From assembly GCA_951406725.2 (NCBI GenBank), contig OX597832.1:10664001-10728000 (forward strand): 64,000 nt of DNA, read 5' to 3'. The notes beneath the pieces are model-generated. The model made no database searches and was not told the origin of the DNA. It worked only from the letters and a program-made list of their open reading frames with translations. The translations under genes were made by a program, and so were the position numbers. Shown in pieces: positions 51,714-64,000 of the stretch (within the stretch, counting starts at the first letter, position 1; every line of letters starts with the position of its first letter). This DNA comes from Octopus vulgaris. Lineage: Eukaryota.

Positions 51714-52343
51714 GCGAAGTGCATGATGTCTGCCTCCACAATGGATAATGTTAGTCATAGATAAGTTTTTGGAAAATGGAAATTAGAAAATTTCGTGACA
51801 TCCATGATTGTCATCTTAATTATAATCATTGTTGACGGAGGTCCTATATTGTTGAGAACTTTTCTCTCTTTTAGATATAATTTCATTCTATTATAATGCA
51901 CGCAACACAAAACGAATTTCACTTGAATAAAACTTTAACGAAAACAAAGGATAGTTAACAAAGGAATGTTAACATATATATTAAAAGAAAAATTAAAACA
52001 CGTTTAATCCTTCGTGAATCCATTTCAGTTAAAAATGTTTATGAATTTTCATGTGATGTGATGCAAGACTTTCATGTTATTTGTGGAAAATTATCACATT
52101 GTTTTGCATGGCAGAATTAATTTTCTATTTCCTGATATATCCGATTCTCTCAGATATAATTCTGACTAGTTAATTGAAACAATGAATCACTACGTGGCGA
52201 CGTGCTTCGGTATAATCCCTTAATTAACTGCACCAACATGCGTATATATATATATATATATATATATACGTGGTTGAGAAGCAAGCTTCTTACCACACAG
52301 ATGTACCTGTACCTTTATATGTGAGTATATAAATATATATACA

Positions 52344-52345
<2 letters not shown>

Positions 52346-52404
<59 letters not shown>
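52346..52404. repeat. (CT)n microsatellite
   Basis: Direct reading. Confidence 0.97.
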
Positions 52405-52408
<4 letters not shown>

Positions 52409-52937
52409 TTGTATATATATATATATATATATCATCTATGTATGTATGTATGTCCCTGAAATCTAATGGTTCACCAAAGAGACAGATTAAGTACTAAGCT
52501 TACATTTATTAACTTCGACTAAAGTTGATGCTACAGTGTGGGCGCAGTCAAATGAACACACACCCACACACATACATACACACACACATATATACGAGAG
52601 TTTCCAGAGAACTACCGGTTCTTTTCCCTCTATAATGGATGCGTGCATCATACAATTCATATTACTTACTGAGAGGAATTCACACTTAACACTCAGTTAA
52701 GTTTGTATATACAAAGAAATCCAGGATTTAAGAGTTCTCAAGAGTACATATTTGTGGCTTTATGTGTAATATACAGCCAGTGCTCAAATGGAAGATATTT
52801 TAACCACACTGAAGGGAGGAATAGTAAAGTAAGCATCGACAGAATTGTAGCTTAGAATATAAAGGCGTAGGAAATTTCTTAAGAATTTGATATGAAACGG
52901 TGCTAAAAGAAAGCAGAAATAAATGTAATTTCTTAAC

Positions 52938-53091
52938 GAGTGGCTGGGTGTTAAGTAGCTTGCTTACCAACAACATGGCTCCGGATTCAGTCCCGCTGCG
53001 TGGCACCTTGGATAAGTGTCTTCTACTATAGCCTCGGGCCGACTAACGCCTTGTGAGTGGATTTGTTAGACGGAAACTGAAAGAAGCCCGT

Positions 53092-53146
<55 letters not shown>

Positions 53147-53351
53147 TGTTTGTGTGTCTGTGTTTGTCACCCAGCATCGCTTAACAATCGATGCTGGTGT
53201 GTTTACGTCCCCCTAACTTAGCGTTTCGGCAAAAGATGCCGATAGATTAAGTACTAGACTTACAAATAATTAGTCCTGGGGTCGATTTGCTCGACTAAAG
53301 TCGGTGCTCCAGTATGGCCGCAGTCAAATGACTGAAACAAGTAAAAGAGAA
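52938..53351 (+). mobile_element. SINE family B, near full length
   Basis: GAGTGGCTGGGTGTTAAGTAGCTTGC..(TA)n(TG)n..GGGGTCGATTTGCTCGACTAAAG..GAAACAAGTAAAAGAG. Confidence 0.92.
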
Positions 53352-56077
53352 TACCCATAAGGCCACATATATGTGTGGTAATACGGTGTTGCAGATTTAT
53401 GATGTGGTAAGGGAGACGACAAGGTGCGTCAAAATGATATTTCATTTCACCTGTTAACTGTGTTTGGCGAATATTCTGCAGTATCTTCTGTATTGCGGAA
53501 CAAATTTACCAACAGTGCACGGATTTAAATCTTTGTCTTATACGTTATTGTATCGACAGCAGAGAAAGAAACATTTAAGCTGATTGGGGAAATTCAATGT
53601 TACAATGTAAGATACTAGAAAAGATATCTCAAAATAATTTCCTCCTATCTTGTTATGTTGTTAATCTCCACTAATTTCAGTTGCTATGAGAACAATAAAT
53701 ACTTGAATACAGTGCAAAAATGTATATTCGGATTCAAAATGTCGCCAATTTGTATCTTACACGATTGTTATCTTGAACCGCAGGAATATTCATAAGCCAA
53801 TGCAAAGATATAAAAATGTATTTCCAGCCGTCAAGAAATAAAGTACAACTGAAGTATGAGAAACGATCTTACCCGTTTCCTCTGTGTTTCTCTTTCTGTC
53901 CCTTTCTGATACCCACGTTGTTTTTGTTTTATTCTGTCTCGTCCATCCTCACACCAACAGCCTTACCGACATACACCCACTTAAAAAAAAACACTATGTG
54001 AGAAAACTCGGATGATGCAGGTCACAGAATCCATTGCACATGGAAAGAGGTCAAAGTTTGAACTGGGAGGCTGGCAATATCTTCTCATTTGCTTTGCTAA
54101 TATAGCAGCCGGAATAGATGAAGCACATAGCAGGCTTGAGCCGTCCAATTTGATGCGTAATAGAAGAATATACATAAATATCTAAAAATGAAATTAAAAT
54201 AGTATTATTATAATTACATTTCGCTATACGTGACAGGAAAATTAAATGAATTATTGAAAGAATGTGCAATGGTATGGGCAAATAATATGGATAAATATTT
54301 AGAATCGGAGGAAGAATAACGCGGACAATTATTGTTAATTATATCTCTGAGTCTATTATTTTTCCAATCATTTTTACGAAAACGGATGTTTTCACTTTTC
54401 AACTATTTACAGATACACGGTAAAAGAGATGTAATTTAATTTTGAGTTTTTCAGTATTATGTGAATTATTATACAACCAATTTATAAATAATTGGAAAAG
54501 GGTAATAGAAAAAAGAATTAACGGAAAAGAACGCAATAATATTTTTGTTCAACCGAATGCTGACGCTTAAATAATTACATCCACGTCTACATTAATCTGA
54601 CGAATTTACCAGAACATACAGTCTAATATATTAGAAAAAATATATTGGAAATCATCCAAGAGTTAGAAAGTATTTTAAATACTTTAGCACATTGAATAGT
54701 GTAAGCTGTTAATAAAACATTTCTTTCTTCCATGTGTAGATGTCAGATTCAATTGATTACGTTGCTTCTGAGATCGATACGTGTATTTAAATATTATAGA
54801 GGTATAATTTCCTCTTGCAGTTATGCGAGTAACGTTAAACCATTTTCCCCTCGTTTGACATAAATGTTGATAACAATTTGCAGTTATCTGGCTACACTTA
54901 ATAATGACAACTGTGTTCCTAGCGTCACTTGCATTCGCATTGCTTCTAAAATAGAAGTTATTCAATAACATTGGTATTATCAATAGGCAAACATCTTTGC
55001 TTCCTTGTTAACCAGTTCTGTCTGACACATAAATCATTTGGTTTGAAAGAATTATTAACAAGAAGCTGCAGCTCTGACAATTTCAGCAGAATCGTCACGT
55101 CTCTAGTATATGTTCTTCTGTCTGATTGTACTAACAGTTCCTTCATTTGCAAAGGAATTCATCCTTATTCGTGCAACATAGTATAAACTTAAATTTCCAA
55201 GCAGAAAAGCAACAGAACTGGGCAAAAGTGTGAATAGTTTAAACGTCTTTGATATTTCGCTCATCTGATAAATTCTCTACTGAGTGAGATTTATAATTTA
55301 AGCAATATAATAACTTGCCCCAGCACAACGCACCCATATATTATCCTATTATCTAAATCACACTATCGATACATTATTACATGGAAGCATATTATAAAAA
55401 CGGTTGCCTTCAATAGATCTGTTATAAACTGTCTATGAAGAAGAAGGATATTAACTAATGTTACCGTTTAACATTTTAGAGTATCAAGGGAATTCTGTTG
55501 TTAAAAAAAATAACATAAAACTGAACTATGTTTCTTTTTCGTGGCCAATCTCAGATAAATGTGTTGGTTATTTCCTACATGATTCAGCTTTCCATCATAT
55601 TGATTAAATTCGAAGAACGAGAAAACGTAACAATAGCTTTTTTGTATTGGAGATTTCGCACAGTATTTCTGTAAGGAATAACCAAGATTTCATTCACGAC
55701 TGCTGAATCTGAACTTTAACACGGAACTAAAGAATTATGCAGAAATGCTTTTCTTGTATATTCGCTGAATACAGACCCACACGCACCCGCACATACATAT
55801 GTACATGCACGCACACACACACATCTCCACTAACACGTACATGCACACTGACTTTCGTTAGAAAACCCACACAAGTCTATATCCACCAATACATACACAC
55901 AAACACATCATCACCCACACAGACAAAATGAATTAATGTGTTCTTATCTATTTTTCTTGATAGCTAGCCACTTACACACGCGCGCAGGCACACACGCACA
56001 CACACAACACGCGCACAGACACGTATATATGTATGTACATAAAAACACATCTAGATTAATTTGTAAGTGTATTTATA

Positions 56078-56380
56078 CATATATGCATATATATATATAT
56101 ATATATATATACACAATGTACATATAATATATGCATATATGTATCATATATATATATATATATATAATATAAATATATATCATATATATATATAATATAA
56201 ATATATATCATATATATATATAATATAAATATATATCATATATATATAATATATGCATATATATATATATATATACACAATGTACATATAATATATGCAT
56301 ATATGTATCATATATATCATATATATATATAATATAAATATATATCATATATATATAATATATATATATTATATATAATG
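56078..56380. repeat. AT-rich minisatellite with a duplicated ~70-bp block
   Basis: Unit ATATCATATATATATAATATAAAT repeated; ATGCAT(AT)nACACAATGTACATATAATATATGCATATATGTATCATAT occurs at about 56083 and 56253. Confidence 0.88.
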
Positions 56381-56736
56381 TATCTATATATTACATGTGC
56401 ATATATATTCAGAGGCATACTAATATACTCAAAAGCACACACATGCATACAAATATAATATATACAAATATATATATACATACATATATATATATATGTG
56501 TGTGTGTGTGTATGCATATATATGTATATGCATGTATATGTATGTATATATGGACGTACGTAAATATTTACAGGCTGTCTGTGAAACTCATTAACTTTAC
56601 GATCATGGTAATCATACGATTATGATATTTCAACCGTGTGTGCCTCTATATTTGATTATATATATAATGCATTCGCGCACACACACACTTATTGCTCGTA
56701 TTCATTTGAACTGAAACCTATGCAAATTTACGTTTA

Positions 56737-56799
<63 letters not shown>

Positions 56800-59794
56800 C
56801 ACATATACAACCGTGAGTGCATTTGAGTGTGTACATATTCATAAACATATTTATAGACGCACTGGTAAGTGGTCATATATATATATTTATACATATACGA
56901 ACCGATTCTATATACATGTGTGCGTGTGTTACAGTGTGCGCATTCACCCGATTACGATATTCTCAAAATATATAATGATGGAGTTCGGCCAAGATAAATG
57001 TTCCTGCCTGATTTTAAAATGAGGAAAATATTCCAGGCCGTCTAGCAACTAATCTATGAATGGCCAGAATATTTCTACAGCAACATCTGACGTGGAATGC
57101 TAATGGTAATTAAAGTGTCGATGAAAATATATTCGAAGAAAGCTACAGCTAACATTGAACCTATGATGAGGAAATAATGCAATTGATTGTAAATATACAT
57201 TATCACTTAATATCTAAATTTCAAATCAAAAACAAACAAAGATGTGTGTTCTGGATCAGGTGTTATCAGGCTTCTTCCGTGTTGGTGAAAGATTTTAATA
57301 ATTGAAACTGAGGAATATCTTTAGGTAACATAACAAGGGAAAATAGAACTAACTGATAAATTTCTCCTTCTTCAAAAAGAATGAAATGAATTATGCATAT
57401 GTTTTGGAATATGCAAGATAATCGTGATGGTCATGTTTGAAACGTGTCCAGCCTCCGTTTTGCAGGAATGGGGCTAAATGAAAGTATTCAGAAACTGCCA
57501 TAATGCATATTTTTTTTTATTATAGTCATTCTGTAACGACATCGTATCTGTGAAGTCCATTTTGTGGTATTTTGTCTGCAAATACATAAGGAAGAGTGGG
57601 ATATCTTCTATTTAGGAGACATCGCCACGATATATCTAATTCAATTCATCAGTTTTATTTTATTAAGACCGAAGCAGCATACTTGCTGCGAAGCATAATT
57701 TGTTATGTTAACCCGAGAGCTTACTTTCGTTTATCAAGTATAAATTTGACTTCCACTGAATAGAAATATCGTTACGCAGTCAATCTTGCATAGGTCACAG
57801 TAGCAAACTATTTAGATATATTTCTCCCGCTACAGTTGCTACATTGAGCCATCCTGAAAAGGGAGATGTATGATATTTTAAGCAGTGGTCAGCCTCAAAA
57901 CTACAAAACCAATTCAACAGTTTATACAAGTCACTCTTTCGATAACAACAAACCAGCGAATGGTGAAATTTGGAATACTATTACTTTTTAACATGCTCCA
58001 CCTCGGTTTAACACTCTAATATTAAACAACGTTTCCTTCTTGTCAATAAAATAACCATTGTAAGAAGTAAAGAACATAGTTAATTATTGCCCACATAAAT
58101 TGTTATTTCTTTATATTCATTGTAAACGATCTTCATTCAGTCTATTTTATACAGAACGTTAGTGTCGAATCGTCATTTGAATCATCATCGCCAAATTTAA
58201 GTGAGTTTAAAACTTATATTTCTACTGCAATGCCTAAGAATTACATATTCGTACAATCTAGCTCATATAAAACCCACATTTATGTTTAAACCTCTAAAAC
58301 TATGCAATAGAATTCGATGCTAACCAAATGCTAATCAGACGCAGATGTGTTTTTGTATTCGATTCAATTTTGTCTTCAAGTTACACACTTCTTACACCAT
58401 TACTTCATTTCTAGGATTCTTATGAAATGCCAGTGTCTCTCTTACTGTTCTTGTGATTATATTCTTAGCAATATCCGTAACGAATCTTGAAAACACGTTG
58501 GCATACAACATCAGTAAAGGCATTCGCATGGCGGCAGAACCCCTAAAATATTTCGAGAAGAAACTATAAGTTCAAATCTGAAGTAGTCGGGATATATACG
58601 TAAAGCGTAAACGTCTAAAATATTGTCAAAATAGTAATATGAATAATGTATATGACATCGAGAACAAAAGTGTTTTCCTCCTTTACATTATCATTAATTA
58701 TAAACTGTTTTGTTTCATATTTCTGTCTACGCATGTAGTGTCTTTAAAAGCAAATTGTAACTAGTAATATATAATAGTTATTCTAATTGAAAACAAATGA
58801 AGAACAAATAGTTCAAACTCACCCCTTTCTCTTTGGAAATAATATAGTAGAAAATGACGTGTGTAATAATACCGGAACTATGTTTGGTTTTCAAGCATCT
58901 ATTACAAAATCTCATTGGAAAATAAAGCAACAGACCACATCATTAGTGTACGAGATTACTAAGAAAATTCTATTTAGAACTGACTATTCGTGAATGATTT
59001 ATATATATATATATAGATATAGATAGATAGATAGATATATAGATATACATATGGATAGATACGTAATATATACTTACATACGCATACATGAATATGTATA
59101 TATATATATATATGCACATGCATATGTATGTATATATATATATGTATGTATGTATGTATAATACCACGCACATACACAGAGAAAGAAACTTGAAATGAAA
59201 AAAATAGGAACTCCATCAATAATTAAGAAAAGTTATCTGTAAGCTCATACAATAGGAGTTGAACAAGTGGTTTTTAGAAATATTGCAATATATATTATCT
59301 CCACAAATGTACTTTATATATGGCATCACGTTCTGAGAGAAAAAAAAATGTACTATTGTTCTTTTTTATTTTATTTTATTGTTTTTCGCTAACAAGGCCA
59401 AAACTGTTTTATCTGATTCAGAAAATGATGAAATATAAAGAAAACATATATATTTAATAGAATTTTGGCTATTTTTCCTCAATGCATTTAGTGTTAATGT
59501 GTGAAGCAAAGGAAATAACAAGAAATTCTTATTATTCGAATAAAATGAGTAATTTTGGGGATTCGTTGGTGGTATAAAATATAAGGTCACACAGATATTT
59601 CCGGTTTTGTTATTTAAGAGGCATCGGCTTGAAACGCAGGGGCAGCCGAAGGATTTCCTCTGTTGTAATCAATGTCATCTGAACACACGACACAGACAAT
59701 GGTTGAATTTGAAGAATAAGGTATTAGATGATGAATTATTGCTCCCAAAATATTTGTTACAAACTGGGCTCTATTGCGGGGAACTTGATAGAAA

Positions 59795-60185
59795 TCTCTC
59801 TATATATAAAGCTGAAGTTGTCTGTGTATGGCAGGTTTGGTAGCCTTCAACTAACACTATCTCCTCCGAGACCCTGCGGCGCAAGTTGACCAAAATTGAA
59901 AGTACGATAGAAGAAGACTTGTTCTTTCTTTCGTAGAAGAAAAAAATCTCATCGGACCATGTTAACACCAAAAATTATTTCCATAAAAAGGTGCTTTTAT
60001 TCTATGAAAATCCCTAATTTTTACGATTTTTTGACTGCTGTGTCGCAAATTCTCGGTGTATTTCAACCAGAAAAATATTCACTTAAAGAGAATTTCAAGC
60101 TACACAATGCAAACTTTTTACTTTTCAAAACTTTGAATTGTAAAGGGTCAAAACAAACCTGAGCAACGCCGGGTGATACTGCTAG
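59795..60185 (+). mobile_element. Non-autonomous Helitron, complete (~391 bp)
   Basis: 5' TC terminus (A|TCTCTCTATATATAAAG), subterminal GC hairpin ACCTGAGCAACGCCGGGT (60157-60174), 3' CTAG|T; sits between A and T with no TSD. Confidence 0.85.
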
Positions 60186-60604
60186 TAATTGAATAAAGTG
60201 GTGTGGTATAAGCACGCTAGCTAGTACCTGTCAAGTATCCTTGAAAAGTTCGTGACCACCAGTATGTGTATGTGTGTAGGGTCATTTTTAAACTGGATGC
60301 ATTCATCCTTGTTGAGCTACGATGTCGCAGCCGTATTTCTTCAGATTTAATATATAGGCATTATTTGAGGGAAAATATGGGTGTTTTGTCTGAGGTAAGT
60401 CCATTACATTGATTTTGTATATTTAGCGTTATACATTTCTTCGACAACTGAAAAACTATGAGTGTACTGGTGTAATTCTATGAGTTTCAGCGTTAAGGCT
60501 GTGGATAGTAACAACAACAACAATAATAATAATAATAACAATAATAACAATTACGTCAGTCATTGTTTTTCATAATCCTTCTCTTCTATCTCGGTGAATA
60601 TTTT

Positions 60605-60895
60605 CTTTATGTCCGTTTTTGTGTAATAAGAAGCTCCACACCAGTCACCTTGTCTCGACTACCCCACCACCCACAACTTCCTTGCTCATCGTAGATAAAT
60701 CCTCCATAACACAGTAGCAAAACCATATCACTTTTGGACGCAAACAACTTCAATACTATCTAAGAATTCATTCTTCCTCTTTGACGATATAACTTAACTA
60801 TTCCCGAATAACAATGTACTGTGAAAAATGCCGGATCAACGATGTCATTAGAACGAACATATTTCTTTTTATTTTTTCGAAAATGCTTAATGCTT
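60605..60895 (+). pseudogene. Probable degenerate Penelope-like GIY-YIG endonuclease C-terminal remnant
   Basis: Scattered motifs across frameshifts: CPF/CNKKL, AHRR*ILHN (cf. HRQQI), FILPL, RKCLN (cf. F.P.LN); followed by a Penelope-type tail at 61600-61670. Confidence 0.35.
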
Positions 60896-61108
60896 CAAAT
60901 TCTATATGACAATACCCTATCTTGACCTTAGTTATAATTCGATCGTCCTCTCCTTCTTCCTTGTTTTTCTCACTCTCTCGCTCACTAACAGCGTTAGATT
61001 TTGACTTTCACCATCCCTCTCATTTCTCTGAATGTTTTGTTTGTTCTCTCGGTGGTAATGCGTACGCCTTACCCACCTTTTGCTTTTATTCAATAACTAC
61101 CTTACTTC

Positions 61109-61362
61109 CGTTTAGTGTACTAGCCATCTGAATGTGGCTAGCCACTAGAGGTGGGTGTTACTGATGCTTTTAGCCCTAGGAGATCGACGTCACCAGCTGG
61201 CCTTAGACACAATTTCTGTGCCCTTATGATATTTGCAAAGATCATAAGGACACAGAAATTGTGTCTAAGGCCAGCTAGTGACGTCGATCTCCTGGGGTTA
61301 AAAGCGTCAGTAACACCCACCCCCAGTGGTTAGCCACATTCGAATGGCTAGTACACTAAACG
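61109..61362. repeat. 254-bp spacer-less palindrome (127-bp arms, 11 mismatches)
   Basis: CGTTTAGTGTACTAGCCAT...ATTTG|CAAAG...ATGGCTAGTACACTAAACG; axis between 61235 and 61236; also visible as the twin ORFs 61138-61320(-) and 61151-61333(+). Confidence 0.98.
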
Positions 61363-61599
61363 TTGTCGAGCGGTTACTGTTTACATCTCATTCGGAGATT
61401 TATTAATGCCTACCTTACTTCCGTATTTACAATTACTCCTAAGTAATCGTCTTTATTTCACGAGACATTTATCACGCGCATTATTATAAGTATCTAACGG
61501 AGCAGGGATTATACTGAACATGCTCTGTTAAATGGCTTCCTCAGAGCCCCAGGTAATCGTTCTTATTTTTTGCTTTTGTCTCGCTCCCTCCATGCATTT

Positions 61600-61670
61600 A
61601 TGTATTCCTGAGTGTTAAACTAATACAACCACGTGTTGCTCCTTCATCCGTCTTCGCCTTTCATAATTAT
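61600..61670 (+). repeat. Penelope-type terminal tail fragment
   Basis: TATTCCTGAGTGTTAAACTAATACAACC..CCTTCATCCGTCTTCG; direct copy at 63140-63220. Confidence 0.65.
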
Positions 61671-62138
61671 ATTATATTATATATATAATCCGGTATGGTA
61701 TGGTTTATATATAACCGTATTATCTTTAATAAGCATTTTCCTTATCTAATAGGAATTGGACTGAAGTGATTTCGGTGATGTCAGAGTTAGGGGAAACTTG
61801 TATCTGCCAATGCAGAGATGGTGAATGGAGTTGAGCACCTCTCACTTATAAAATTCCGCAATGACCTACGCAAGACAGTGCCCCTGACAGTCAAGCGCAA
61901 TTGCTTCGATGAATTAGCAGAATAAGAGAATAAAAAGGCGAGTGTCTGGCGTCTTCAAAGAGTCAGTGCTCCAAGTAGGCTATTCGCGTTAGTCTTGGAT
62001 GGCAAGTAGACTTGTAGAAGGACAAGTCGGAGTTCAAAATCAGTGATGCAAAGCCTCTGCCACTTTTGTGGGCTACCATGACAGAGGTGGTGTCGTGATA
62101 AAAATACCTATTGGTGGTAAGTTAAAAATTCACCTCAT

Positions 62139-63050
62139 TTGAGAGTGAAAATACCAAGCAAAATAGCTAACGATAACAATGGTGAAGATGCCTTACCCAA
62201 CAGATATCCCACTGTGCAGCACAGTGGGCCCGGTCGTAATTCAGCCACTACTAACCATGCTACGAAACATGAGTGGAGTAAGCAAGTAAATATGGTAGTT
62301 ATGGTATGTTACTACCGTAGAATCTCAGTGGGTGCAAATGACGTGCCTGTCAGAGAGGCACAGAAAACGAAGGTAGAGAGAATGGAAAGCAATGGATCTG
62401 TTTGAAATTACTGAACAGAGATTATATGACCAAGTAAGAGCAATACGAAAGAAAAGACGTTTAAAAGAATTAGAGCTGGAAACTGTTAAAAGGATATCGG
62501 TTGATGCTGGTCATATGAGAAACGAAAGTGGTATAGTGGAAGAGAATGAAAATTGTTTGCAAGAATATACAACCGTGAAGTGTGAAAGAATCGTGATGAG
62601 TCATTACTTAAATAATGAATGCCAATTAATAATTAGCAGGATTTTGGATATATTGAGTACAGAAATGACAGGACCTATGAAGCGATTTTAAGAAGGCTAA
62701 ACAATGGTGATTATTTCAAGAAGCAAATAAAGTCAATAATATATTGAAAGACATTGAAACAAAGAGCATCACACAAGCAAATTATTTCATCAAGACTGCA
62801 AGTAGGATTGTGGCAGAAAAGATAGAACTGAGACCTAGAAAGAATAGAAAATTGACAGAGAGAAGTGGAAATGCACAACGTTGGTGTAAAAGGAGAATTT
62901 CAGAAGATATAAACTCCTTGAACAGTGTTGTATCAATACTTGTCAGGAAAAGAAAGGGAGAATTGAAGAATGATCGCAAATTTGTAAAACTGAGGCGTAT
63001 ATACAAAAGGCCTGAATTTCGTAATTAACGAACTGAAACAGCGCATGCAA
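62139..63050 (+). pseudogene. R4/Dong-type non-LTR element, N-terminal ORF fragment (putative 5' UTR from about 61760)
   Basis: HEWSKQVNMVVMVCYY (cf. KW..E.N..VM.CYY), EITEQRLYDQVRAIRKKRRLKELELE (cf. TEQRL.DQ.R.I.K..WL..LELE), RWCKRRISEDI (cf. PWWKRRIE..I), INELKQRM; frameshifted and truncated before RT. Confidence 0.85.
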
Positions 63051-63139
63051 AGTTAACTTCTTAACATTTATACAAACGTGTGTGTATGGGTATATACATA
63101 CTCTCACACACATATATTTATATACATGCATTTATGTAT

Positions 63140-63220
63140 GTACTCCTAAGTGTTAAACTAATACAATCACCCGTTGTTCCTTCACCCGTCTACGTCTTTT
63201 ATTTTCTATAAATCTAAACT
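63140..63220 (+). repeat. Penelope-type terminal tail fragment
   Basis: TACTCCTAAGTGTTAAACTAATACAATC..CCTTCACCCGTCTACGTCTTTT; homologous to 61600-61670 and 48010-48096. Confidence 0.65.
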
Positions 63221-63293
63221 ATATATGTGTATATGTGTGTGTGTGTGTATGCATTGTGCGTACATATATACGTAAACGTGTGTTTTTTCCCTT

Positions 63294-63334
<41 letters not shown>

Positions 63335-64000
63335 TAACTGTTAAATTTTCACTCAGTTTATCTCATCCTTCCTCATGGTTTAATGTTAGTCACCTTTAGT
63401 GTTTTCTTCCGCGGAACGCTGTTAAGGATGTTAAACCTATACTCTTAGTTGTAGTAACACGTTAAGAGTATGTGTTTGTAGCTATAATGTATTCCGAACA
63501 CCTCTTGTGTGCTTTTGCTAACATGATTTACTTCGGTTTCATTGAGTTTGAGTAATTTTTCTAGCTAGCAATCACTGCTATACATCCCCGCTACCTCCTT
63601 TGTTATTTCCAATTTGTTTTGTTTCATTTTTCTGATAAACGCTTCTTGTAACATCAGATCAGTTATTCACACTTCACAGTACAACAACCTTCAATGCACC
63701 ACTTTTGTTTTTATCTCTATGCTCCTATAGTCAAGCAGAAATTCATATTTAGCTAATATTATCAATGCGAAAACATTATGTTAATTAAAACTTTGAGGCT
63801 TAGCTATAAAGCCAAAAGATAAAGGAGATAAAAAGATTCCTTTGTAGCGTGATAACTAAAACAATTTACCAAGTATATACACACCATTGTATTTCTTCAT
63901 TAAATCACGATTATTACAACGCAAATGAGAATGCTATAGACATTCAGATTATTACATCTTTATAACCTGATATTTGTGGTTTCAGAATTCAAATAATATT

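Noticed and set aside
52590-52750. Possible mariner-like MITE ends (also 60225-60260)
   Set aside because: Inverted termini do not match well enough and no clear TA TSD pair
61138-61333. Near-identical ORFs on opposite strands (toxin/antitoxin-like pair)
   Set aside because: Automatic consequence of the palindrome; non-ATG starts and no coding evidence

Overview
AT-rich, microsatellite-saturated eukaryotic DNA with no intact protein-coding gene that I can recognise. The repeat complement suggests an intronic or intergenic region of an octopus (coleoid cephalopod) genome; this is inference, not proven. Almost all ORFs in the supplied track are translations of microsatellites or SINEs. Interpretable content: (i) three tRNA-derived SINE families, here called A, B and C, some with clear target-site duplications (TSDs); (ii) decayed autonomous elements: a Chapaev-3-type DDE transposon (9.7-11.3 kb), Penelope-like GIY-YIG remnants (23.6-24.4 kb, probably 60.6-60.9 kb), CR1-type and RTE-type RT fragments, and R4/Dong-type fragments (two 3' ends at 50.3-51.0 kb, one 5' end at 62.1-63.05 kb); (iii) a complete ~390-bp non-autonomous Helitron. 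The most interesting structures are a 254-bp spacer-less palindrome (61109-61362) bracketed by a 15-bp direct repeat; a ~400-bp inverted-repeat element whose arms carry minimal hammerhead-ribozyme motifs around a Pol III B-box (14795-15190); further degenerate hammerhead motifs in Penelope-type terminal fragments; a local inverted duplication of a SINE head plus ~157 bp of flank; and a GTCGA-N5-TCGAC stem-loop shared by two otherwise different SINE families. A few candidate micro-exons are weakly supported. Coordinates of degenerate repeats are approximate, and identities were counted by eye.
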